Below, piece by piece: positions 37,801 to 46,661 of a stretch of DNA of 64,000 nt. The notes below the pieces were generated by a model. The model worked only from the letters and a program-made list of their open reading frames with translations, did no database searches and was not told the DNA's origin. The stretch covers positions 128,001 to 192,000 of the IMG/VR virus record IMGVR_UViG_3300047160_009226, one strand, 5' to 3'. The position numbers were made by a program, and so were the translations under genes. Within the stretch, counting starts at the first letter, position 1; the number at the start of each line of letters is the position of its first letter. The DNA comes from a virus. Taxonomy: Duplodnaviria; Caudoviricetes.

Positions 37801-39274
37801 CACCTGATGATCCTCCACCTTGGCTCGCAATATCTCCACAAGCTCCAGCACTGGTCGGTGGTAAAGAAGCTGAAGTTGCATCAAAAGAAGGAGTTGGATC
37901 TGTCCCGCCTTTGAAAGATGTCTTCTTTAAAGTATCAACTAGTCCAGTAATATCTCCCACCCCAATAACGTTAACTAAATTATTCGCCATTCCATTATTA
38001 CGAATAGCTGTCTTAACGTCATCCGCTGTTGATATAAATGCACTTCTATAATCTGTTCCCAAATAAACAGTGATGTCCATATTAAGGACAACCACTCTTA
38101 ATGGAGAGTTAGGAATGACCGACGGAGGAGGAGAACTAGGAACTTGCGGTGATAGTGGTGCTGCATAAGTCAGTGAAATCGAATTACCAGTCGCTCCTAA
38201 AATATTTGATGTGTAGTTTAATTGATTATCAGTAGAAGTATCTCCAGTCGTAAGATTAGCCGACACCATGCTAGGTGGATATTGCACACCTACATAACCT
38301 GGTGTAAGCTGCATCGAACCAAGAGGCAACGATGATGATGAATCTCTTACAACCGAAATTTCTGGAAAAGTCCAATACCCATGAGCTTGAACTGGAGCAT
38401 CAACAAATAACTTAATTGATAATTGGACTTCACTGTTATCAGATCTTCTTGCATGAAACACAACATTGTATGTACCAGGTTTCAAATTTTGAGTCAAAAG
38501 CCATGCTGTTGTTCTTTGACTTTGCCCTCCAGCTTGAATCGGAAGTTGCTCCACATCAATATAAACACGAATCACACCATCAATACACACTGCAGGAGGC
38601 AATGCCGGTGGCAGTAAAATCGGTTGCGGATCCCCAGGAGGTACCACTATTGCCGGTGGTGGTAATAAAGGAGTGCCAATCGGTAGCCCACCACTGGCTG
38701 AAGGTGGTGGGCCATAAGTAATAGGTGGTAATGACGAAAGCGGTGGTAATGGCGGAAGCGGTGGTAATGGTGGAGAAAAAGTCGGAGGAGGTGGTGGAGG
38801 TGGCGGAAGTGGTGGAAGTGGTGGAGAAGGCGGTGAACCCGGAGGTAATGGTAGTGATCCCCAACCACCCGGACAACCACCACGAACAAGTACAGTATCA
38901 TTGCCCAGCTTAAAAAATAAAGATCCAGTGTTATCCCAGGGAATAATGTCCTGATCTTGTATTAGTGAAGGAGCACCCTGACCTTGACATGGAACCAATA
39001 CTCTAGTTAATCGAACATTGCTGGGAGGAAAACACTCAAGAATATAAGTAATAACACTATTCCCATAAGTCTGACACCTATCAACGAGTGTTTTTGATAT
39101 ATGCCCATTCTGATCGAATGTAGCTGGAAACCAATTGGGAAGAGATCCTCCAGAAATCTGAGAAGGATCCGATACCAGTATCCACGTCCCCTGAGGAATG
39201 CAACACGGCACTAAACCAGCCATAGGTGCAGGTGCGTTTACCAGCGCTATAGGTGACTTCGAAGTAGACGGCAA
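31883..39274 (-). CDS. Giant proline-rich putative virion protein (2463 aa) with He_PIG-like Ig domains and repeated beta-sandwich-like domains
   Basis: Three putative-Ig modules (GLPPGLNFD...GVPTQEGDY; VTGGQPPYIW; AVGGTPPYHW), repeated DP..W...VRVR and W.G.W motifs, many poly-Pro tracts; TTG start. Confidence 0.8.
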   Translation of the reverse strand: MPSTSKSPIALVNAPAPMAGLVPCCIPQGTWILVSDPSQISGGSLPNWFPATFDQNGHISKTLVDRCQTYGNSVITYILECFPPSNVRLTRVLVPCQGQGAPSLIQDQDIIPWDNTGSLFFKLGNDTVLVRGGCPGGWGSLPLPPGSPPSPPLPPLPPPPPPPPTFSPPLPPLPPLPPLSSLPPITYGPPPSASGGLPIGTPLLPPPAIVVPPGDPQPILLPPALPPAVCIDGVIRVYIDVEQLPIQAGGQSQRTTAWLLTQNLKPGTYNVVFHARRSDNSEVQLSIKLFVDAPVQAHGYWTFPEISVVRDSSSSLPLGSMQLTPGYVGVQYPPSMVSANLTTGDTSTDNQLNYTSNILGATGNSISLTYAAPLSPQVPSSPPPSVIPNSPLRVVVLNMDITVYLGTDYRSAFISTADDVKTAIRNNGMANNLVNVIGVGDITGLVDTLKKTSFKGGTDPTPSFDATSASLPPTSAGACGDIASQGGGSSGGGGGGSSGSGGRGITLLVTPFASPPPPSFIWSITPGLYGTNGLPPGLNFDSALAAIYGVPTQEGDYVVTVHVTDSNNYRSTAQASITIFPSRPEPAVKFGDYWVLPREIYDETEPELDGVLTDPIPDNPVQNLIPFADIHRTFWGPVPLWLTLKNGGEISSVMSLSGQPSVAIIQMDPLDGPGPWTEVRVSFSAIKSPSNSEDFKMTLVVRPMSGGIPLRGAVEKSTLPLDFVSSNFSHQMVWRGLWFQSDLVRLAIRFEPRFPDKMWTDHPDELGRNQVELSDLSVVVRAIPIPELALEASLLTAGQPIGDIQFTPELSDSWQTYEMLWTGHWTGREIEDLSLVMEPHLIAEDVDDANAATPWVLLSNVEVEAAVEPPPAVIIPPPQIPDLLSVEVDPMGAADLSWYDFAVKITSNGYDGTVFPGVTWIGLNPGVTGTFSEDQISINNGETVQILFHVTSGTAAVGTVARFSITAVASDSSGSGASGIVQFIIAEAPLPPLPSPPSKPGSTEFFVDVLPVVAEIPTYGTASYAVTVTAPIGTTTVALSAGIRPFDDVGGATIQKAFSQSVVQPAPGAPVKVTLTVQTTNTREDSYSIDILGVGSDVGYAGTQAILVVKGAPVTPIPVPPPLPVLPPPAGTSVVETLVPDSVLSQLGTISGTWSDINSTITSPNDQTYVMYSFGPPPLLSMAAVNYGMTDPVTDAIWTMLILRVRMQEVYDVQSPVFSFQPYIDGLPVGSPKTFSVVDGLSTVLQNFAWTWEGEWTTEQIRGLVVQVACYTTAGQTQLNAIKVTEIDALVSGNIVNPLPVTVPVRLEPDQVLSSVPPLWGFSTDTLLDAINVDIDCTDDSNYATIILDPAGSGTDISQQEFGFTDPPIQAVWNNITVRVRARYVTGGVAGLEADLNLGTMTIKGPMNTLALGSFTNYLAVFTGSWDNADISGATVNVILMNSDGSTKSTVEVSGVDIIAGGVPIAYNQIKVIPVNEIQSYGTHQGSIVDIWEGLKWPSGSPTSPSPLPKIAYSDTDINSDYEIFPLSFDQRSSAVVYDFADPSNAAVFPSPPPPVFLPPPPGFLPPPPGVSSPFYTAITVRVRLHQDPRLVPPTIYSVPPSPPFTVIGNPTILPDGQVGVPYPKDQSDIVAFTVTGGQPPYIWYIYIVPTSGNQLAGIPPGIIGVTNPADSSEFNYSGTPTQAGVYLFGVTVTDAKGRQNHWNTTHDIIAPGPPPGPPVLPPPSPPGPPVPPTPSPPPTLPPPPPSPPIYDMKIWISGYTTGLDPDDPTTIWEPPDYAPITPPDDGLNHVAVSRVSFNTINQTIELGAKGGADLLELAGFARSGLVWSNIPDSDISGLNTGLKATFAGVPDTTPPPTTIPKGPYQSGGTVGKAPFTLKLQYFGTAGKPDKGDVLMSVTGHPDATGNMSGTGAGSGQIYWGYLSPLVILTSELPNATLGAPYSESLSAVGGTPPYHWGLLAGNLPPNITLDPGGSGVFSGIPVTVGTSGGRYPFSVGVVDSANQVQTADLSITVIQPILVLPPPPPPHLLPPPPGVLPPGPPPIIGPPGQVVFVVEEAPGIDVWFQPLLPDKCTGALAGLGPMLINNFLIPRPETGSSEPPSAGPWKDFTTYTWYGFWTADQLSQIMIEFQMSLADPVSPGAQNNLYIAALDLIVTEAAGPEVVNWLVSQLPDGRIKWLSSRVDPGPISGMWYDFDVLPYRPVGSTPAFIQSILGTAHKGGVDQKSADSVLDRYEIFGWLDKDGDGTANAGDDPSESSMASLATGIGVLDSTILLKNINALKDPLNKYFHGFMIDDELIVVQNEQIDFNGGLLNNVWRGVNETFEAFHNVGTIVFPVSYWEIMYQIKVSGAATGEFKGHAVGWNTPPNTDNGTPGELLQDGPLDLRPFSGNYPIRWLLRLRVSDIYGFSSDSDPTLSDYPDRFVSTGPGAYFGPNGNNYIPAKRVLYVLQSRDPKRPRILSSQ

Positions 39275-39284
39275 GAGATACCCC

Positions 39285-41747
39285 TTACACGATGATCACA
39301 TTGATCAGTTTCGTAGCATACATCCGTGTTTGTAGCCCTGTTTCTTTTGTTGCCGCAAAGATCAAGGTTTGCTGTTCTGCCGGCCCTAACACAATTCCAT
39401 CTGATTTTAATACTCCATTCTGCGTAAATCTCATCCCATGATTAGCAAGAAATGATGGATCATTGACTGTCCATGTCACATTACCTTCTGCCCCTCCTGC
39501 CGTCGTGAACTGCTGATTAAACGATGTTCCATGTGTTACATTAATAGTCGATGGTGTAGTAATCTGATAATACTCAGGGATCGCCGCATTAGGATTACAA
39601 TTCACTATAACATGAGATTCTATCTCACCGCTTTCTGTAAAGGCCAACACTTTAACATCCGATCTACTAGCCACTGAGGCTGAAACCGTCAATGCCAATA
39701 AAGCCACCTCAGTAGTATTAGATCTGACATTGATATTTGGTCTCTCCGGAACTGCTATCACTTGATTTGATTGATCAAGATCAGTCACAGTGACCAACAA
39801 AAATACCATCTGATCTAAATAAGTTTTATTAGTAAGATAAACCTCGCATGTCAAATCATAAAGATATCCAGTTTGCAAATCCCAATTTGGTGGTGCAATT
39901 GCAACTTGAAATGGACCGGGTGGACTCTTATATGGTAATTGAGAATAAAACTTGACTTCAGGATCCCCCGTTACATACAGTTGTACCAAATCAGTGATCT
40001 CAGCAGATCGATACTGAGTTGGACCAGGTTTAATCAATACTCCAATCTCAAGATCTCCTGAAAACAAACCAGACTGTCTATCCGCTTGAACATGTAATTC
40101 CGTAGGAAACACACTAAGCTCAAACGGTACCAAAGGTAATAATGTTCCATCTATTGCTAATGGAGGACCTGTATATGGAGGTGATATTGGAGTCGTTCCT
40201 CCGCCATCTCCGCCACCTCCACCACCTCCACCACCTCCGCCACCTCCACCACCTCCACCACCTCCGCCATCCGGAGGTGGAGATACAGTCGGTGGTGGAG
40301 ATACAGTCGGTGGTGGAGATACAGTCGGTGGTGGAGATACTGTTGGTGGAGATGCCACCACTAAAGTAGCATTCAATTCAACGGGACCACAAGGCTGATT
40401 TTGATCTCCATTCCAAGTAATCGTACCAATTGGTATATTCGACTGAGTACCTACAGTTGATCCAGGAGTAAAAGTAAAACCTACGTTATAAACTAATCGA
40501 TTTGCTGTAGGACTTGGTCCTGAAGTCAATGTTATGCCAGAAACAGGAGGCGATGCCAGTGTCCAAGTCGGAGTACCGGTTAAACCAGAAATAGCGAAAT
40601 CCCATGTAATATTAAGAGTTACAGGAGATCCACTCTGTAGAGCACTAAACAAAAGAGGTGGAGTTGGATTTACCGTAACTGTACACTGACCAGGTGCAGG
40701 AGGCTGCGGACCTAAAACAGTAGAAGAAGTACAAGGAAATTTTGCTAAATCAAGCTGTTGCGGACCAGTTAATGCAACAGGGGATGTGCTAAGCCAAACA
40801 TCTGTCTGAAGAATAGCAATTTGACACAATCCAACGGCATTTATTACCGATGATTGAAAAGTTGCATGAGTAAAATCCAAAGCATTGCCACTAGTATCTC
40901 TTTCACCAGTAGACCACGGAAAATCATATTTTACATTGCTTCCAGTATCTGGAATCTGACCGCTTGTATTTGACCACGATATACTTATTTTATTTCCAGT
41001 CGGACCTGTTACCTCCACCTGTCCCCACGCTCCCAACTGAGAATAAGAGGCTGGACCTGACATTGTCCCAGTATCTTTAGGAGGTGTCGTAGGAGTGCGT
41101 GCATAAGTAACAATCACATCAAACGAACCAACTATACCAGGACTACCAGAAAGCAGGAAATAAACACCATTACTATGATATGTTACATTACAAGGGTACT
41201 CACTAATATCTGCTGCACCTCCACTCATCGTAAAATTTGTTATTTGTTGAACTGTAATAGGATCCGTTGGACTATACCGTTGGGCTTCCAAACAGTAAAT
41301 ATCAAGCGGCAATTGTACTGATCCATCGCAACTCTTACCAGTAGTAGGATTACTAGCAGTATAATTAACAGTAATAGTAGTCGAATGAGTCCCAACTGGA
41401 AGATTACCAACACTCGGTGGTGGAAGAATACCACTGATAGTAATATTATAACTATCAAGCCAATTATTATTAGATAACTGAGTGAGGTCAATAACATGAC
41501 CCTGAGATTGTTGATTCCCATATAAATTATACCATTTGCCAGCCACACGCGCCCATGTAGCATTACTTGGTAAGGAGTAAGACCAGTAGATTTGAGTATA
41601 ACCATCATGCAAAGCTTGAATACTAATCCTAACTTGTACAGTCAGATCCCGCTCACAACCTGCCAACACGAGATACGGAGACACTGCCCCAGAGTAGGTA
41701 GTCTCTGCCAACGTAGGAGTCAAATATTGAGTTGCACAAACTGCCAT
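39285..41747 (-). CDS. Putative virion structural protein (820 aa) with TVSPPP repeats and poly-Gly linker
   Basis: Thr/Ser/Pro-rich, beta-strand-like composition; sits in the structural operon. Confidence 0.75.
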   Translation of the reverse strand: MAVCATQYLTPTLAETTYSGAVSPYLVLAGCERDLTVQVRISIQALHDGYTQIYWSYSLPSNATWARVAGKWYNLYGNQQSQGHVIDLTQLSNNNWLDSYNITISGILPPPSVGNLPVGTHSTTITVNYTASNPTTGKSCDGSVQLPLDIYCLEAQRYSPTDPITVQQITNFTMSGGAADISEYPCNVTYHSNGVYFLLSGSPGIVGSFDVIVTYARTPTTPPKDTGTMSGPASYSQLGAWGQVEVTGPTGNKISISWSNTSGQIPDTGSNVKYDFPWSTGERDTSGNALDFTHATFQSSVINAVGLCQIAILQTDVWLSTSPVALTGPQQLDLAKFPCTSSTVLGPQPPAPGQCTVTVNPTPPLLFSALQSGSPVTLNITWDFAISGLTGTPTWTLASPPVSGITLTSGPSPTANRLVYNVGFTFTPGSTVGTQSNIPIGTITWNGDQNQPCGPVELNATLVVASPPTVSPPPTVSPPPTVSPPPTVSPPPDGGGGGGGGGGGGGGGGGGGGDGGGTTPISPPYTGPPLAIDGTLLPLVPFELSVFPTELHVQADRQSGLFSGDLEIGVLIKPGPTQYRSAEITDLVQLYVTGDPEVKFYSQLPYKSPPGPFQVAIAPPNWDLQTGYLYDLTCEVYLTNKTYLDQMVFLLVTVTDLDQSNQVIAVPERPNINVRSNTTEVALLALTVSASVASRSDVKVLAFTESGEIESHVIVNCNPNAAIPEYYQITTPSTINVTHGTSFNQQFTTAGGAEGNVTWTVNDPSFLANHGMRFTQNGVLKSDGIVLGPAEQQTLIFAATKETGLQTRMYATKLINVIIV
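40198..40352. repeat. Poly-Gly trinucleotide tract plus ~4 copies of an 18 bp tandem repeat (ggtggagatacagtcggt)
   Basis: Directly visible: ccacctccaccacctccgcc tract 40198-40269, then 18-mers to ~40352 encoding PPTVSP. Confidence 0.95.
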
Positions 41748-41754
41748 ACAACCC

Positions 41755-44700
41755 TCACAAACCGATGTAATACCACGGAACAGAAATCTGATGCACTCCC
41801 GCTGAATAAATTAAACTGACGATAATTCCTCCATCTTCAGGATCTACAGGGAAAGAATCAATCTGATCTCCAATCCATCCATAAATAAAGAAAGTAATCG
41901 AATTTTTGCCACTACCAACACCAGCAATTGGCTGAGAAGAACTATATGAATTACCAGCCAAGTCAGAGATTCTGAGATTAACACTTCCATCTGCGATAAA
42001 ATTAACAGTCGATAAAGTCGCATCTGGATTCGTAACCATAACTTGAGCTACAAGCTTCCCCTGAGGTGCAGCACAATCTCCAAGGGAACCACAAGAAAAG
42101 ATCTCTGGTGTCGATTCCACCACAGTCATAATTGTATCGGGTGGTGAAGGTGGTGACGGTGTTGGCGAAGGTGCAGGAGTTATCAAAACATCTTGGAACG
42201 TCAATCTCACAGAGAGTGCACATAGAGCAACTTCAACCGGATCCTGGATCTCCCCATTGCCACCCAAAGAATTAGCAATGACCGCGACCTTCAACCGATT
42301 AATTTGATCTGTAGTCAATCCTGGATCATAGTTCCAAGTGATGAAGTATAATGCCTGATCTGATGTCAAAGGAGAAGTCCATTGCTCTTGTCCAAAATTT
42401 GTAGATACTAAAAGATTAGCGTTTACTGAACTCCAAGTAATCAGTCTTGCTTGAATGATCGCTTCTACCGTAATCCACTCTCTGACATAGCCAGACATTA
42501 CAATAGGGAGGCCCGTAGGCGCTGCCATCTCCAATAATAACTGGTTATTTGTGCGAGGATCTGCTATGACATCATTATCTGAAGCTAGAGTTGGATCAGT
42601 TACTAACATAATCCACGCAGGAATAGGAGTCCATGCCGTTACCGAAATATCAGCCATGGGGATAACATCTACTTGATTAAGCTTGATTAATGGCTGAGAA
42701 ATAGGTTGCGATATTCCAGGGCACCAAGGAGAAATAATCGCATCCATTGCACAAATATCAATAAACGGTATGTCATCATCAAGCAATAAGGCTTCAGAAG
42801 AAAGTCGTATTCTCAAATCTTTAATATTATTAGCTGACCAAAATCCATTCCATATTAAGTCATATTCAAGCCAATTTAAAGTGAGATTGTCTGTATGTTG
42901 GATCAAAGATTCCATTAAGTCCATATTACCTTGAAGACTAACTCCGACCCGACATTCACTTGTCAACTGAAGAGTAGAGCCAATAGTTTGTGTAACCTGA
43001 ATAAAAAATGGCGGAATATCTTGAGAATACTGAATAATATTGAGTCCAGTAACTACATACGGTCCTGTAATCATCAATGCAGCACTGATCGCAGTGCTTC
43101 CAACAGGGGTAGGTAATCCTCCTTTATTCAAAGCAATTTTGTAATAAATGACCGTACTCTGAAACGCTGCTAGGTCAAATACAACTGCTCCATAATAATT
43201 AATTCCGTCTGTACTTACAGAGACTGCAAAATTATCTGAATCTTGCCCAGAGAAAAAGAATTCTGCATGAATATCTATATTCGTTTGTAAAACACCTGCC
43301 CCACTAATTTCCGTAGATGAAACTCGATAGGCCATAAGCTGATTATTACATTCAGCAAAAGGATTCCAGCGAACTTGATAGTTTGGTACTCCAATAGCCA
43401 CTTCATCTGATGTCGGAGCAAACGTAATAATATTAGCTTGAACTCCCGAAAGACTGTTATCAGTCGTACCGGGAGCATTTGATCTGGCTTTAGCAATCAA
43501 CCTAACCTTAATCTGATTGTATCCGGCATCCCAGTGAATCGGACTTGGTGTTAATGCTATCTGTCCAGGAGCCCCTGGCGGAACATTCACCGGAGCCGTA
43601 ATAAAACACACATTCGCAGGAAGAGGAAAAGCTACTGGAGCAGTCAGTTCGACCTCTAATGGTGGAACCTGCCATATACCAGAGAAATCTGTTGCTCGTG
43701 GAGTTAACTGCTGCGGTGGAGGGCAAGGATATACAGCTGGCTCTTTAGTTGCCGGAATTGGCAACGGTGGTGCTGGTGTCTCCGGTTGAGGTGGCCTCGA
43801 TCTTGCAGCCCGAAACCTTAACTGAAGAGCATCCCAAGGTCCCTCCGTAATCGGATTGGTAAACCCAACTTCTAACCTTGGTCTGATTGTACCTGTATAA
43901 TTTCCTGTGGCTTCGTCAAATGTATCTATAGTTGCTGGGCCATAAAGAGGGACAGCAGCATCTACAGGATTATCTGGATTCAAAGGATCATTTAATTGCA
44001 TGAAAGCAGGTCGCGGCTGCCAGAGCCTGACCAAAATATCTCGGTTAGGGCGAAGAATCTCCGATCCAGGAGGAAGTGGCGGTAAAAATACTGGTGGCGG
44101 TGGTGGGAGCGGAGGTAACGGTGTCTCAATCTCGATAAATGGAGGAAGAGTTCCAGGAACATCCGGCGGCTGAATTGGTTCAGTCAGTGGTGGAGAAGGT
44201 GGTGGCGGTAAAAGAGCGGGAGCAATACTGCAGTATGCAATCGTCAGATGATTAATTCGAACGTCACCGGCATCAAGAGTCGCTACTATAACTACTACCC
44301 TGAGCTTTGTGATGCTCGGTAAGTTTGGTAATCCCACAAAAATACCTGAAATAAAATTTGTTGTATATCCGCTACTTAAAGTCACTGAAGAGGAATATTG
44401 ATTATTCCAAAGATTATCAGCTAAATCAAAATACTGAAGTACAATCTTCAAACCAGCGGTTGTAGCATTATTATATCTCGTGGAGATGATAATCTGAGCG
44501 TCACTAGGATTTGTAATAGATGGATATGAAGGAAGTGGAAACTCTACCCCCAATTGACTATTAACTGTCGTCGATCCAACATATTCTTCTTCCAGTGGGA
44601 CAAATGGATCTTCTAACTCTTCAAGCCCACCATACCATCCAAATGAATCTGGTGAGAATCTATATGGCTCCAGAACAAGGGGAGATCCTTGACTGCATAT

Positions 44701-44805
44701 AAGACCTCCAGTAAAAGGAGGAGGTGAAGGGGATGATGATGCTGCAATGCTCACATACGGAGGCATTCGTGCCAGAAAGCTCAATTTCTTAGGAAGTCCA
44801 GTCAT
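41755..44805 (-). CDS. Proline-rich putative virion protein (1016 aa) sharing repeat domains with 31883-39274
   Basis: VGFTNPITEGPWDALQLRFR, YDLIWNGFWSANNIKDLRI, PGLTTDQINRLKV. Confidence 0.75.
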   Translation of the reverse strand: MTGLPKKLSFLARMPPYVSIAASSSPSPPPFTGGLICSQGSPLVLEPYRFSPDSFGWYGGLEELEDPFVPLEEEYVGSTTVNSQLGVEFPLPSYPSITNPSDAQIIISTRYNNATTAGLKIVLQYFDLADNLWNNQYSSSVTLSSGYTTNFISGIFVGLPNLPSITKLRVVVIVATLDAGDVRINHLTIAYCSIAPALLPPPPSPPLTEPIQPPDVPGTLPPFIEIETPLPPLPPPPPVFLPPLPPGSEILRPNRDILVRLWQPRPAFMQLNDPLNPDNPVDAAVPLYGPATIDTFDEATGNYTGTIRPRLEVGFTNPITEGPWDALQLRFRAARSRPPQPETPAPPLPIPATKEPAVYPCPPPQQLTPRATDFSGIWQVPPLEVELTAPVAFPLPANVCFITAPVNVPPGAPGQIALTPSPIHWDAGYNQIKVRLIAKARSNAPGTTDNSLSGVQANIITFAPTSDEVAIGVPNYQVRWNPFAECNNQLMAYRVSSTEISGAGVLQTNIDIHAEFFFSGQDSDNFAVSVSTDGINYYGAVVFDLAAFQSTVIYYKIALNKGGLPTPVGSTAISAALMITGPYVVTGLNIIQYSQDIPPFFIQVTQTIGSTLQLTSECRVGVSLQGNMDLMESLIQHTDNLTLNWLEYDLIWNGFWSANNIKDLRIRLSSEALLLDDDIPFIDICAMDAIISPWCPGISQPISQPLIKLNQVDVIPMADISVTAWTPIPAWIMLVTDPTLASDNDVIADPRTNNQLLLEMAAPTGLPIVMSGYVREWITVEAIIQARLITWSSVNANLLVSTNFGQEQWTSPLTSDQALYFITWNYDPGLTTDQINRLKVAVIANSLGGNGEIQDPVEVALCALSVRLTFQDVLITPAPSPTPSPPSPPDTIMTVVESTPEIFSCGSLGDCAAPQGKLVAQVMVTNPDATLSTVNFIADGSVNLRISDLAGNSYSSSQPIAGVGSGKNSITFFIYGWIGDQIDSFPVDPEDGGIIVSLIYSAGVHQISVPWYYIGL

Positions 44806-44967
44806 TCAAACCTCATATAACAATTCCAACCTGTCTCAATTTCTCAAAAATCATCTCTCACTAAATTGTATCCAAGTGTGCTTTCGACCCTCCTACCATA
44901 CGCCATAACTGAATAGTACGATATCCACAATGCAAAATTAACAACAATTCATTTATAACTCAACCCT

Positions 44968-45783
44968 TCAATAATTCGTAATCAACACAACCTCAATCTC
45001 ATTGTCTTCTTTCGATCTCACTAACTCAGTCACATCAAATTTATATAACAACAAACGCATAAACGCTGTATTGTTATCAGTGACAGCCCATCTTATCCCA
45101 CGCTTATCCAGATCTATGCATACTGTAGTTAATCTTGAGTAATCCTTCTGAGTAAATTCAAAAGTATCTTTCTCATTTCTGTGGTAGCCAAAAACTCGTT
45201 TCTCCGGGCATGGAGGATCAAAATAAATGAAGTCATTTTCTTTTGCTGATTCTACGGTCTCTTCAAAATCTCCATACTCCAATTTGACTCCCTTTAAAGC
45301 TTTAGATACTGCCTTGAGATTTTCCTCTGTATAAACCGATTGTATCTTTCCAAAACTGACGTTAAACTCTCCACGTCTATTCGTTCGAAAGATTTCTCCA
45401 AACGAAAGTTTGTTCAGGAAAATAAAATGAGCGGCCCTGTAATTCACATCGATGTGATCAGGGATGATTTTCCTAACTCGATTGTAAACTTCACGACAGG
45501 GAGTCAAACTTTCCAAAATCTTGACGACTCCCTGATAGTCATCCTTGATCGCCAAGTACATATCCATGAGCCAGCAATTCTTATCCCCAAGAACTGCGGG
45601 GTAATGCTGACTCTTAAGGAACACACTTGCCGAACCAACTAAAGGTTCATAGTATGTTCCAAAGTCCAGGGGAAATCTCTCTTGAACCTTCTGGGCAATC
45701 TCATACCGATTATCTGGCCAAGATATGACCGGATGAGGTTGAACTTTCAGGGATTCCATTTTATTGGTTGGAAGGGTCTTCAA
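44968..45783 (-). CDS. Dam-like (D12 class) DNA adenine methyltransferase with degenerate motifs
   Basis: YYEPLVGSASVFL, LGDKN, FIFLNKLSFGEIFRTNRRGEFNVSFG, but DPPC replaces DPPY and WPDNR replaces W.GGK. An alternative start is ATG 45759. Confidence 0.85.
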   Translation of the reverse strand: MKTLPTNKMESLKVQPHPVISWPDNRYEIAQKVQERFPLDFGTYYEPLVGSASVFLKSQHYPAVLGDKNCWLMDMYLAIKDDYQGVVKILESLTPCREVYNRVRKIIPDHIDVNYRAAHFIFLNKLSFGEIFRTNRRGEFNVSFGKIQSVYTEENLKAVSKALKGVKLEYGDFEETVESAKENDFIYFDPPCPEKRVFGYHRNEKDTFEFTQKDYSRLTTVCIDLDKRGIRWAVTDNNTAFMRLLLYKFDVTELVRSKEDNEIEVVLITNY

Positions 45784-46555
45784 CCCAGGTTTTGTTGTGT
45801 ATAATACTCCATATACTCGGTTCAGTTAACCCATATTCCAATGCCAAGTCTTTTTGAGTGTAGTTCCCGGTGGCATACTTCACTCGTATCTCTCTAGCCT
45901 GTTCCAACTTCAACTTCGCATTTCCATTGTTTTCCCCCTTCTTTCCTTTACCTCGAATAACTTTACCTACATTATTATATCGATTAGGAGGACTTTCAAC
46001 CCATGCCCGGTTATTTAAAATCCTCGATATTGTATTTCTAGAAAGACTATAATCAAAAGCTAACTCTTCCTGATCATACCCCCCAGTATCATATTTCGCT
46101 CGAATCTCTCTGGCCTGTTCCCAGTTTGATTTCGCATTATAATGGGTTTCTGCCCTAGGAATCGTCCCATGCGTTATTCTATCAATATTATTACCTCTAC
46201 ATGTGTCATACCGTAAATTCCACCAATAATTATTTGCGGGATTGCCATCATTATGACAAACTTCCATCCCTGCCGGGCAAGGTTCTGAAACCGCTTCTAG
46301 AACCAACCGATGAACCTTGTTCGTGTATATAACTCCATTAAAACTGAGGTGAATAAAGAAATATCCGTCCTTATCTCGTCCTGGATTTAGTCTCGTCCAA
46401 TTATTGGACACAATCCAATTCCACCCTATCTTTTGATATCGACTCCAAATGGACCCGTCATCCCCAACAAGATAAACACTATCAAAGTTTGGAATCACAA
46501 AATACCGAACCACCGCCGCATCTGAACCAACATTCTCACTCCAAAATTCGTACAT
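45761..46555 (-). CDS. HNH homing endonuclease (NUMOD4-like N-terminus, two C-terminal HTH repeats)
   Basis: YLVGDDGSIWS, KVHRLV, CHNDGNPANN..NL; duplicated NAKxxxEQAREIRxKY...LAxxYxL module. Confidence 0.92.
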   Translation of the reverse strand: MYEFWSENVGSDAAVVRYFVIPNFDSVYLVGDDGSIWSRYQKIGWNWIVSNNWTRLNPGRDKDGYFFIHLSFNGVIYTNKVHRLVLEAVSEPCPAGMEVCHNDGNPANNYWWNLRYDTCRGNNIDRITHGTIPRAETHYNAKSNWEQAREIRAKYDTGGYDQEELAFDYSLSRNTISRILNNRAWVESPPNRYNNVGKVIRGKGKKGENNGNAKLKLEQAREIRVKYATGNYTQKDLALEYGLTEPSIWSIIHNKTWVEDPSNQ

Positions 46556-46593
46556 GCTAACCCCTTTTCAAAATTGATCCTATCTCTAAACTT

Positions 46594-46619
46594 AATATAC
46601 CCCCAACCATCGAAAAATT
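46594..46619 (-). promoter_or_regulatory. Putative phage promoter AATTTTT-N13-TATATT
   Basis: Minus strand aattttt cgatggttggggg tatatt in the gap upstream of the HNH gene. Confidence 0.55.
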
Positions 46620-46661
46620 ATTCCTCAAAATGAGCCTACCTTCTATTATAACACCCCTTCC

